A stretch of DNA of 64,000 bases, taken from Hamiltosporidium tvaerminnensis FI-OER-3-3. Lineage: Eukaryota; Fungi; Microsporidia. The notes beneath the pieces are model-generated. The model was given only the letters and a program-made list of their open reading frames with translations. It made no database searches and was not told the origin of the DNA. Positions 1 through 9,235 of this stretch are shown one piece after another (position 1 is the first letter of the stretch; each line of letters opens with the position of its first letter). The stretch lies in contig CM061255.1 in the NCBI GenBank assembly GCA_022605425.2, positions 62,001 through 126,000 on the forward strand. Reading direction: 5' to 3'. The translations under genes and the position numbers were made by a program.

Positions 1-610
1 AATCATTTTGATGTTCTGAGTTGTGTGCTCGTGCATAAATTACATTTTCCAAGGCTTGTTCTGGGTTTAAATCGTATCTAATTGCTATTTCTTTAAGTCT
101 TTCTGGTCTGAAAGTTCCTTCTGTGTCTATGAATGCAGCTTTGTATGTGGAATTGAGTAGTTGTACGGTTACACAGAGTGTGTGAGAAAGTTGTGTTTTT
201 CCTGTTCTAAATTCTCCAAATACTTCTGTTATAGCCATAGTTTGTATACCGCCGTTTAAAAGGGTGTCAAAATCTGACGATCCGGTGGATATTTTAAGGA
301 CTTGTTCTCTTCGACAGTTAAATTGAGAGGCTGTCATAAATGAGGTGGTAGGTGTTAAAGAAGAGTCAAAGAATTTATGGACCGCTTCTTTCATTTTATC
401 TACTTTTGTTTCACTCATACCTTTGATTTTTATAAGATTACGACGAGTGTGCATTGTTAGTCCTTTCAGTGTACAGATGCCTGCTTGTTTTAGTTTAAGG
501 ATGTCTTGACTTGCAATACCAAAGTTTGACAGGTCATCGATTGGGTGTAAGGTTTCTTCTTCTGAGTCTTTCATCTGCTCTGAAAGAATTGTTTGTTCTG
601 TTTCAATCAT
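1..610 (-). CDS. DMC1: Meiotic recombinase DMC1 (5' 203 codons; continues beyond the left edge)
   Basis: Manual translation from the ATG at 610 gives [12 protein letters not shown]...[46 protein letters not shown]...[45 protein letters not shown]...[13 protein letters not shown]...[10 protein letters not shown], with no stops. Walker A is GEFRTGKT. GICTxKG, TRRxL, KVDK, MAITE and LSHTLCVT are DMC1-type rather than RAD51-type residues. It is absent from the ORF track because the stop lies outside the window. Confidence 0.93.
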   Translation of the reverse strand, partial: MIETEQTILSEQMKDSEEETLHPIDDLSNFGIASQDILKLKQAGICTLKGLTMHTRRNLIKIKGMSETKVDKMKEAVHKFFDSSLTPTTSFMTASQFNCRREQVLKISTGSSDFDTLLNGGIQTMAITEVFGEFRTGKTQLSHTLCVTVQLLNSTYKAAFIDTEGTFRPERLKEIAIRYDLNPEQALENVIYARAHNSEHQND

Positions 611-689
611 GCGAATTTAAATTTTACATTTATTTATACTTTTATGCATAAACGCATAAATAAATATTTTGCTAAAAAAAAAGTGTTAT

Positions 690-776
690 TAGGTAGTGAA
701 GAGTTGATGTGGGTAATTCTAGGGATTTAAGGGTTGTATTGGGTAATTCTAGGGAGTGAAGGGTGTATTGGTATTA
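690..776. repeat. Short ~30-bp tandem repeat upstream of DMC1
   Basis: GGGTAATTCTAGGGA-TTTAAGGGTTGTATT followed by GGGTAATTCTAGGGA-GTGAAGGGTGTATT, plus a degenerate preceding unit. Confidence 0.6.
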
Positions 777-1103
777 GGATTGTTAAGTTATAGTCTTTAT
801 ATATTGTATTAGAAACATAAGCATTTATTAGAAATATAAGTATTTAGATTTATGTTTTTAATAAATATTAGAATCTAGATATTTAATTTTAAGTTAATTA
901 TAAGGTTTGGATTATAAGTAATTTATAGGTATTTAATTATAAGGTTTCGACTATAAATATTTAAATATAAAACGTTATTATATGTTAGGTTAGGTTAGAG
1001 TATATAATATGATTTATAATTAATTTAATAAAAAACCTTAAATCTTAAACCTTAAAATTTAAAATTTAAAAATAAATTATTTTAGCCCTTGTATTTGCAT
1101 AAA

Positions 1104-1465
1104 GGAAATTATTGAGAATGAGTATGCAGAGATAAGAGTGGACACCAGAATAAAAACTCATGTTAAAATTTGGAATAATAGACCCGATATATTTATTTTA
1201 GATAGGAAGATTAGTAAGATTATACTTATTGACTTTCTAATTTGTAAGGTTGTATTTGAATTTTAAAAATACACGAATTAAGAAATATTTAGCTAATGAG
1301 TTAGCTCTTATTTATAAAAGTAGTATTAATTTAATTCTTGTATGCGATAGGTTCGTAACTTATTGATTTATTATGTACCCTGATATACTCTTTATACGGT
1401 AAAAAAATATAGAAATGAGTATTCATTTCAGATAATATTTTTTAATCTAAAAAGAGGATTTGGTT
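1104..1465 (+). mobile_element. Decayed fragment of a restriction-like-endonuclease (R4/Dong-type) non-LTR retrotransposon
   Basis: Translates as EIIENEYAEIRVDTRIKTHVKIWNNRPDIFILDRKISKIILID, then after a disruption KKY-LANELALIYKSSINLI. This is the RPD...(D/E)...KxxKY restriction-like endonuclease signature of R2/R4-group LINEs. No intact ORF. The right boundary is approximate. Confidence 0.8.
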
Positions 1466-1745
1466 AAGATTAATGATTAGATTAGATAAATGCATAAAAT
1501 TATTGATGCTTAATGTGGAAAATACATCGTATTTTCCATTTATTAAGTCTTTATTTAATTAGGAAGAAGGTGCAACCAAAAAAATATTTTTAGACTTTAA
1601 TTGTTAAGGAAATAACCAAAATCAAAGCAAGGACTCAAAATATAAAAAATTCAAAAAAAAGAGAAAATATAAAATAAACTTAAGAGGTATAAAGCTTTAA
1701 TTTATTTTTAATTGAGGGCTTATTACTAATATATGCTAGACATAA

Positions 1746-1905
1746 GTTTATTCCTTGTAGGTATATTTACATTTAAAATATATTCATTACTACCTTGTAT
1801 TTTATTTAAAATATATTTATTTTTAGTTTGTATTTTATTTGAAAGATATTCATTATTAGTTTGTATTTTATTTGAACGATTTTCATTATTACTTTGTATT
1901 TTATT
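1746..1905. repeat. 33-bp tandem minisatellite (~5 units)
   Basis: Unit approximately ATATTCATTATTAGTTTGTATTTTATTTGAAAG. It explains the spurious ORF 1733..1942. Confidence 0.75.
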
Positions 1906-2100
1906 AATTTCTGACTTGTCAATACTAGTTTTTCTGGTCTAATCTCTTTGTTTTAAAGTTTTACTTTTAAAATAAACCAATTATAATTACATGTAATTAC
2001 CACCAAGTAACCATTGTATTACTGACAATTTTTAATTATATCACTACCTCTTACCACGTCTCTCACTATACTTCTATCACATCGCTACTCTTACAATCTT

Positions 2101-2976
2101 TTACCACTTCTCTACTACTACGCTTATTATTAATAACCACATTATTTTCATAAACGTAAAATAGACCACTGACCCTTTATTCCCACTACAGTGCCCCTCC
2201 CACCTACCTAATAGTCCAAACAAAGCAGCAAATAAATAACACCTTAAAATACACATAAGATAACAACAATAAGAAGCCAATTCAAATAACTGTAAATTAA
2301 CAAGAATATTAAAAGTAACCGCATATTTAACAATAGAAGAAGTATTTATAAGCAAAAGGGGTGTTAACAAGTAGAAAAAAGATAAAGTAACATTAAAAGG
2401 TATTTCTTGTTTTCTATTATAATAAAAATCTAAAACTGTTTTATATTCCTCAGTAATTAAATTGTACGAATTTTTACCATACAACATACAAAGTGTAATA
2501 TAAAGTCTTTCTATAGCTACAGTATTATGATAGGATATGACAGGTGGAAAGGTTAAATTTTTTATATTTAAATATTGTATGAAAATATAAACTATAAATA
2601 TCGTTTTGTTGTTGTATGGAAGTATTAGAGACATTAAAATGGTTATTGTTTCTATTCTTGTTAATAAATTGATGTTTTCTTTTCTAAGTGTTGTTATACT
2701 TAGATTGGTTACTGTTAGGTAAGTCAAGGATAAAGTATAACCGTATGTTAAATATAAGAGAGGGGTGTTATCTATAAGAGTACTAACAAGTAAAAGGGTG
2801 TTAACTATGAGGAAGGAAATAAAGGGGGTTAAAGGTAAAAATAGCAATAATGTTCCTAAAAGGGAATAAAATAAGAAGAACGGATGAAATTGTTTTGATA
2901 TTTTGAAAGTTACAAGAGAGAGTTGCATGGAATGTTTTAAAATATTTCTAATCAATTCCTTTGGTTGTTTTATCAT
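2101..2976 (-). CDS. Hypothetical multi-pass membrane protein (291 aa)
   Basis: An 876-bp ORF in very AT-rich DNA with several long hydrophobic segments. An in-frame stop upstream at 3034-3036 bounds the 5' end. No family recognised. Confidence 0.75.
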   Translation of the reverse strand: MIKQPKELIRNILKHSMQLSLVTFKISKQFHPFFLFYSLLGTLLLFLPLTPFISFLIVNTLLLVSTLIDNTPLLYLTYGYTLSLTYLTVTNLSITTLRKENINLLTRIETITILMSLILPYNNKTIFIVYIFIQYLNIKNLTFPPVISYHNTVAIERLYITLCMLYGKNSYNLITEEYKTVLDFYYNRKQEIPFNVTLSFFYLLTPLLLINTSSIVKYAVTFNILVNLQLFELASYCCYLMCILRCYLFAALFGLLGRWEGHCSGNKGSVVYFTFMKIMWLLIISVVVEKW

Positions 2977-3018
2977 TTGTTTGTTTACAAAATATTTTAC
3001 AATAAATAAAAGAGAATA

Positions 3019-3380
3019 GGAATAAAGGGGGTGTTAATAATATAGAAGAGTATTATGGAAATAAAGGGGTGTTAATGATATAGAAGAGTTATAGTGAATA
3101 AAGGGGGTGTTAATAATATAGAAGAGTATGATGGAAATAAAGGGGGTGTTAATAATATAGAAGAGTATGATGGAAATAAAGGGGGTGTTAAGAATATAGA
3201 AGAGTTATAGTGAATAAAGGGGTGTAAAGAATAATGAAGAGTGTAATCGAAATAAAGAGGTGTTAATAATATAGAAGAATTAGAGGGAATAAATGGGTGT
3301 TAAGAATAGAGAAGAGGATCGAGTGAATAAAGGGGTGTTAACACACTAAAGAAGTGTTATAAATAAAGAAGGGGTGTCAA
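3019..3380. repeat. ~38-40-bp tandem minisatellite with GGGTGTTAA core (~9 units)
   Basis: Repeated GAAATAAAGGGGGTGTTAATAATATAGAAGAGT(A/T)-like units directly upstream of the membrane-protein gene. Confidence 0.85.
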
Positions 3381-3677
3381 AACCCATAAAAGTTTGCTCA
3401 AAACTTCTTTTACTACTCGGATAGTCTTTGAAGAAATATTTTATTATTTTTCAGGTAAGAGAACAACAAAATATATAGTTTCTAAGGAATAAAATTATTG
3501 GAATATACCTTTTAGTTAGCATATAAAAATACTGACTCTAATAAGATTCTAATAAGTAGTTTTGACATAAAAGTTGGAAGAAATACAGAGAATAAATACT
3601 AACAACATTTTATTTCAATATTTATATTGAAATACAGTTTATAAGAATAAAAAAGTGTATTTCTCATAGAGTTAAAG

Positions 3678-4404
3678 TTTAATCAAAAATATCACATATT
3701 TTTAAAACAGTGGCAAGTGTTAGATTTGTTTTCATGACATTAACGCAGTTCTAGGTTTAGAATAAATGACTGCTACTCCAACACTCCATCGGTAACCCCT
3801 GCGATATCTACGTCCCAAAGCCTTTCATCTAACAGGTGTGTAGAACCTAATTAATTGGCAAAACAGTTGCCCGAAGTTCGATAATGTCCGTTGCATGGAG
3901 TGTGATCGAAGGCCGAAGCCCCCCCTGGGCTCCCCCAAGACTATGCAGCATTCCCACTTACTCTACACTTTCTGAACCCAATAAAATTCTAGCTAAGATA
4001 TATTTCAGAGACTTACATGGGGTCCACCTAGACAGTGCAATGTCATACCACAGGTATAACCTGCTACTTAGCTTTCCTGGCTTTATATGGTTTTTATTTT
4101 TATATCTCTCAGGCACTAAGTCTTCTAACCCGAGTGATCAAGGCTATGTTTCCATGCTTTTACATGACAATTACCTACATGTTCAGCTGCGGTCTCCGAT
4201 CTAGTTACATAAAAAACTACAAATAAATTTGTAGAAAAAGTTTCTCCATTTCTCAGACCTCTCCCCCTCATAACAATTCCCATGGAAGAACCAAAGATGT
4301 AGTGTGCTTATATTCCCGTTAAAAATCCAAAAATTTATCTTAACACCAGTTTACCATACTCATTGCCAAGCAGAAGGTTTTTTATGTGGTTATCCACCTT
4401 CCAG
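3678..4404 (-). mobile_element. Family L structured non-coding retroposon, copy 1
   Basis: Aligns by eye over its full length with 8509-9235 and with the reverse complement of 43535-44265. It lies between two divergent genes. No clear TSD. Confidence 0.85.
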
Positions 4405-4610
4405 CCTAACGCTTCCTAGAAATACAAATATATTTTAGATAACTTTACCATGTTACACATTTAGAACAAAATACGTTTATATTTCACTCAAAGTATAAAA
4501 ATCAAATATTTTTTTAAAATAAAATTTCTTTAAATAATTTAACTCAAATATTTGACAAAAAAACCAATAAAAATATTAAAAATATTTTTTTTCTTTAAAA
4601 AGATGAAATA

Positions 4611-4630
4611 CAACGCCACCCCCCTCCCTT
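4611..4630 (+). promoter_or_regulatory. Microsporidian-type CCC motif immediately upstream of a start codon
   Basis: An AT-rich tract, then CAACGCCACCCCCCTCCCTT, directly before ATG 4631. CCC motifs just upstream of the ATG are an established feature of microsporidian genes. Confidence 0.6.
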
Positions 4631-6472
4631 ATGAATACCAGTGATAGAAGTATTTCTCATTTAAATAGAATTTTATCGCTTACAAAATGTAAAAACTGTT
4701 TCAAATATAAAATTACAAAAATGAAAATACAATGTCGACATCTTTTATGTTCTGAATGTGATACACTAAGTTGTAAAATATGTTCTAAACATAGTATAGG
4801 TATTGATATACATGTATATACATTTCTTCATGACTTACTTAGTCGTAATTGTAATGAATTAAATGAATTTAAAATTTATCGTAAAAAAGAAGATATTTGG
4901 GTGGAAAGTCAGGAAGTTTTTGAGGAAAATATTTGTGTGAAGAATAATCTTTATAAATATAAGTACGAATCTGAAAAAGAAGGCAAACAGGAATTTTCTG
5001 ATTTGAAAGGAGAAATTATGAATTTAAAAAATATGTTTTTTGGTGAAGAAAAAAATGCGGTGGAAAATAAAAAAAATAATGAAAATGAACCGATTTCTAC
5101 TTTGGCTGAATCTTCATTTGCTATTCCGTTTACAAGTCCCGTTTCAACACAGAAAAGTAATAACGAAAGTAAATTCACTCAATCTGTATCTTCTGATATT
5201 CCAAAAGAAAAGGAAATTAAAAATAAAGAAACCTTATGTGTTACAGGTTTTGATAAAAATATGAATTTAAGAGATAAAGAGAGAACATCTAGACTTATAA
5301 AGGAATCGAAATACGATATAACTGGGAAGAAAATTTCAAATAAAAATAACGAGAATATTGATAAAATTAGTACAAATTTTACAGAAATTTTAAATAAAAA
5401 TAATGAAAATATTGATAAAGTAGGAACAAATTGTACAGAAATTATAAAAAAAGAGAAGCAAATTTTAAATAAAAATAATCAAATTGTTGATATAATGAGT
5501 AAAAATGGTAGAGAAATTATAGAAAAAAATGAGAAGCAAATTTCTAAAAACCGTTTCGATGGTATAAAAATTACCGAAAATGAAACCAACCCCATCATTA
5601 CAACAGAAGATCATCCAAATTCCGAATCAAAAATTTTAAAAAACATTAAAAACTCAATCGAAGATAAAAATATCGATTCTCACAAAAAAACCAAACACGA
5701 AATTTCACCTGAAAAATCTTCTAAAAACCCAATTATTTCACTGACAACAAAATCATGGAAAAATAAAATCACAAAAAACGAAAACTCAACAGAAAATCAA
5801 AACAACTTCTTGCCAAATTTAAAATCCGAACCCCCAAAAAATATAAAAATTTCTCTCCAAAATTCTCCAAATCAGGTAATTCAACCCGAAATACAAAATC
5901 AAACAAATTTAGATGCCTTCGTATTTCTAACCAGTGGACTGTCTTCAGAAGAAAATATTTTTATTTCAAAAACCTTCTGGTCGCTACAAAATAAATTAAA
6001 CATTCCAATCGAAATAAAATCCGAATATTCCTCTTCAATTACACATCTGATTGTAAATATCGATAAAAATGGTTGTTGTTTACGAACATTAAAATATTTA
6101 TTGTGTATTTTGAACGGAGTTAAAGTTGTGTCTTATTCTTGGTATAAAAAACTAATTAAAGTACCTTCAGTAGAAGAAAAGGATTATTTTATAAAAGGTG
6201 ACAATATTTCCGGGGGAAATAACGTTCCTTATCAAATTTATAAAAATGCTCAAAATGGTATTTTTTATTTCAATAAAATTAATTTTTTAATTGAAAAAAA
6301 ATTTATTACAAAAGATTTAAGAAAAGTCATTAAAAATGGAAAAGGAAAAATAAATGAAAATAATTTTGAATTTACCAATTTAAAAGTTCAAAATGAAAAA
6401 GAAATTTATAATTTTATTTCAAATGGAACTTTTCTTAATTATAAAGCGATAAAAAAAGGTAATTTATTGTAA
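4631..6472 (+). CDS. BRCA1/BARD1-like protein (N-terminal C3HC4 RING, low-complexity linker, C-terminal BRCT)
   Basis: RING: CKNC-x12-CRH-x2-CSEC-x4-CKIC. BRCT: FLTSGLSSEE...ITHLIVNIDKNGCCLRTLKYLLCILNGVKVVSYSW...EEKDYFIKGD, matching the BRCA1 BRCT1 pattern (VSGLTPEE...THVV...[22 protein letters not shown]...DFEVRGD). The second BRCT looks truncated. AATAAA overlaps the stop (6472-6477). Confidence 0.85.
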   Translation: MNTSDRSISHLNRILSLTKCKNCFKYKITKMKIQCRHLLCSECDTLSCKICSKHSIGIDIHVYTFLHDLLSRNCNELNEFKIYRKKEDIWVESQEVFEENICVKNNLYKYKYESEKEGKQEFSDLKGEIMNLKNMFFGEEKNAVENKKNNENEPISTLAESSFAIPFTSPVSTQKSNNESKFTQSVSSDIPKEKEIKNKETLCVTGFDKNMNLRDKERTSRLIKESKYDITGKKISNKNNENIDKISTNFTEILNKNNENIDKVGTNCTEIIKKEKQILNKNNQIVDIMSKNGREIIEKNEKQISKNRFDGIKITENETNPIITTEDHPNSESKILKNIKNSIEDKNIDSHKKTKHEISPEKSSKNPIISLTTKSWKNKITKNENSTENQNNFLPNLKSEPPKNIKISLQNSPNQVIQPEIQNQTNLDAFVFLTSGLSSEENIFISKTFWSLQNKLNIPIEIKSEYSSSITHLIVNIDKNGCCLRTLKYLLCILNGVKVVSYSWYKKLIKVPSVEEKDYFIKGDNISGGNNVPYQIYKNAQNGIFYFNKINFLIEKKFITKDLRKVIKNGKGKINENNFEFTNLKVQNEKEIYNFISNGTFLNYKAIKKGNLL

Positions 6473-8508
6473 ATAAAAAATTATAAATTTAATTTTTAGT
6501 ACTATTTTATATTATATGAATGAGTAAGGGAATTGGATGGAGATATTAATGAGATGTATATGCTTTTGTTAAGATTTTATACTTTATTTAAATTTATCTC
6601 TGTTGATTTTATTATCAACAATAAATCAGTATAATTATAATAAAATTAACTTATCTTAATTAATGTGTCAATTTTCAAATATATTTTAAGTAATTAAAGA
6701 TTGTAATAAATTATTAACGCTATAATATTTCCTTATTTTATAAATTATTGCTATATTTAAAAATTAAACATTAATTAATTTAATCAATATTTGCTTTACT
6801 AATTTTTAAAATAAAATGATTTCCAAGAAGGAAATATTATAAGCTAAAAAAAATAAGAGTTTAAATATACATAAGCAATCTTACTTTCCCAGTTCTCAAT
6901 AATCTGATGTAACTACAGATTTAGGTGAATTGCCTTATAAATAGTATAGTCTTATTTCATCAAAATTTCAACATTTATTCCCAAACTAATCTTAGATTTA
7001 AGATAAGCAAATGATTTTTAATGTTGGTATCTTTACATTACAAATTGCTTTTTAAAAAGGGAAATTTATTGCTTTTACATAATATTAATAGGAAAATTGT
7101 TTTTTAAAGAAAAATTCGTTAAAATTCAAATTCACAACTCTTTTAAATAATTCTTAAATTATAGACTGTTAAACCTAAAAATGTAAATTTATTTTTTTAA
7201 TTTAAGAATCTTCCTAATTATTAATTTTTAATTTTTAATTTAAAATCTTATAAATTGTTCAATATCAAAATATTTAAAATCGCGATATCGAAATATTTAA
7301 AAATGTTTAATATGTCTCTAAGTTAAGAATTGTTTTTAAATGGCTTTCATAGTCTAAATACACATAGAAAAGAGGCGGTATTACATTTTATTAAACTTAG
7401 AACGCGTTTCTAATTTTATAAGTCATATGAATAACAATTTAAAAGTCGAAAGCAATTAAATTCAATGAAAAACCGATTATATAAATATAATTCCTAGAAA
7501 CATTAAGCTTCATTCATTCAAAAGAAATTTATTCCCAGCGCTATTTAAGTTCTTAGTAGATTATATTTGAAAACTATCAATTCTTCAAAAGACTTGTGGT
7601 TCATTCGTAATTTATTTTTTGTTTTTTAAATTAAACATTCAAATTTTATTTTATATTTGAATTTATTTCTATCGAGCTAAAAAATTTGACGATCTATCGT
7701 TTGTGTATTTTTTTCTTAACACTTTCTTGGCTGTTGATTGTGATAGATGTACGCTGCTATTCATTTCTGAACCTTTTTAAGATTTTTATGTGGTTTTTTC
7801 GTTCATAAAGAGATTTCTTTAGGTTGCGTATGAGGGAATGTAAGTCTGTTATGTTGTTTAAATTATCCGAAGAATTGAGAAATAGCTGTTTATAGGTAAA
7901 ATATCGTATAAATGAATCGGATGTGCTCCAAAGACCTAAGAATGCTTACATAAGACGTTTTACGAATCTTGCAATATAATAATAGAAAAAGCGAAATATG
8001 TTACATAGTATTCTTTAGATATAGAAAAATGCGTGAATCTATGATTTACAGATAAATCTTGACATTTTTATGGCTTTTTTTTAGAAAATACAAAGAATTG
8101 ACAATTATTACCTTAAATTTAGTTTATTAGCAGTTTCGAAAAAAATGTTTTTAGTTGCAATTTCGACGATCTTGGAGTTTCAATATAATTGTAAATATAT
8201 TCTTAATTCTGAATCGAGACGTTTAATTTATTATTTTTAAGAAACCGACTTTAATTAGAAATTCTCAAGTGTAAAGTTATATGGAAAAACCGTTTTTTTT
8301 CAAATTTCAAAAATTTTATTGGTATATGTGACCATAAAAGATTTGATTTGGCCATTAAAACAGAACTAAAATGTTGCATATTATGAAGTTTATTTGTATA
8401 AAATATATTGTTATATATAATAAATATAAAAACAATAATTAGAAAATAGTTTAATGGAAAAAAATATATTTATATTTTAAAACCAAAGGTACTAAATAAT
8501 TATAAAAT

Positions 8509-9235
8509 CTTTATTTAAAATATCACATCTTTTATAAAACAGGGGCAAGTGTTATATTTGTTTTCATGACATTAACCCAGTTCTAGGTTTAGAATAAATA
8601 ACTGCTACCTCAAAACTCTATCAGTAACACCTGCGATACCTACGTCCCAAAGCCTTTCATTTACCAGGTGTGTAGAACCTAATTACTAGGCGAGGCAGTT
8701 GCCCGGAGTTCGTTAATGTCCGTTGCATGGAGTGTGATCGAAGGCCGAAGCCCCCCCTGGGCTCCCCCAAGACTATGCAGCATTCCCACTTACTCTACAC
8801 TTTCTGAACCCAATAAACTTCTAGCTAAGATATATTTCAGAGAATTACATGGGGTCCACCTAGATAGTGCAATGTCATACCAACAGGTATAACCTGCTAC
8901 TTAGCTCTCCTGGCTTTAAATGGTTTTTTGTTTTATATCTCCCAGGCGCTAAGTCTTCTAACCCGAGTGAGCAAGGCTAGGTTTCCATGCTTTTACATGG
9001 CAATTACCTACATGTTCAGCTGCGGTCTGCAATCTGGTTACATAAAAAACTACAAATATTTTTTTGAAAAAGTTTCGTTATTTCGTAGACTTTCCTCCTC
9101 ATAACAACTCCTATAAAAAACCGAAGATGTAGTGTGGTTTTATTCCCACCAAAAATCCAAACAATGATCTCACACCAGTTTCACACACTCATTGCCAAGC
9201 AGAAAGTTTTTTATGTGGTTATCCTCCCTCCACTG
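8509..9235 (-). mobile_element. Family L structured non-coding retroposon, copy 2 (22-bp TSD)
   Basis: Full-length copy flanked by the perfect direct repeat CTAAATAATTATAAAATCTTTA at 8492-8513 and 9236-9257. The element's terminal TAAAG overlaps the TSD. Confidence 0.92.

Noticed and set aside
984-997. GTTAGGTTAGGTTAG telomere-like repeat
   Set aside because: Fewer than three TTAGG units, which is compatible with chance.
1733-1942. 69-aa hydrophobic ORF
   Set aside because: Generated by a 33-bp tandem repeat. The same applies to 60508..60771.
3019-3380. CRISPR-like appearance of the regularly spaced GGGTGTTAA repeats
   Set aside because: The intervening sequences are themselves similar (minisatellite units), there are no cas genes, and the context is eukaryotic.
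3935-4135. Family L as a group I intron (AGACTA / AAGATATA look-alikes) or telomerase RNA (CTAACCC)
   Set aside because: There is no P7 pairing in the right order on one strand. The 7-nt template-like match is on the antisense strand and too short. TSDs indicate a retroposon.
3884-4226. ORFs inside family L copies (3884..4204, 4035..4226, 15865..16071, 35194..35562, 43445..43636, 43582..43815)
   Set aside because: The frames are not conserved between copies (e.g. CCACAGG in copy 1 versus CCAACAGG in copy 2 shifts the frame) and there is no recognisable domain. They are by-products of higher GC content.
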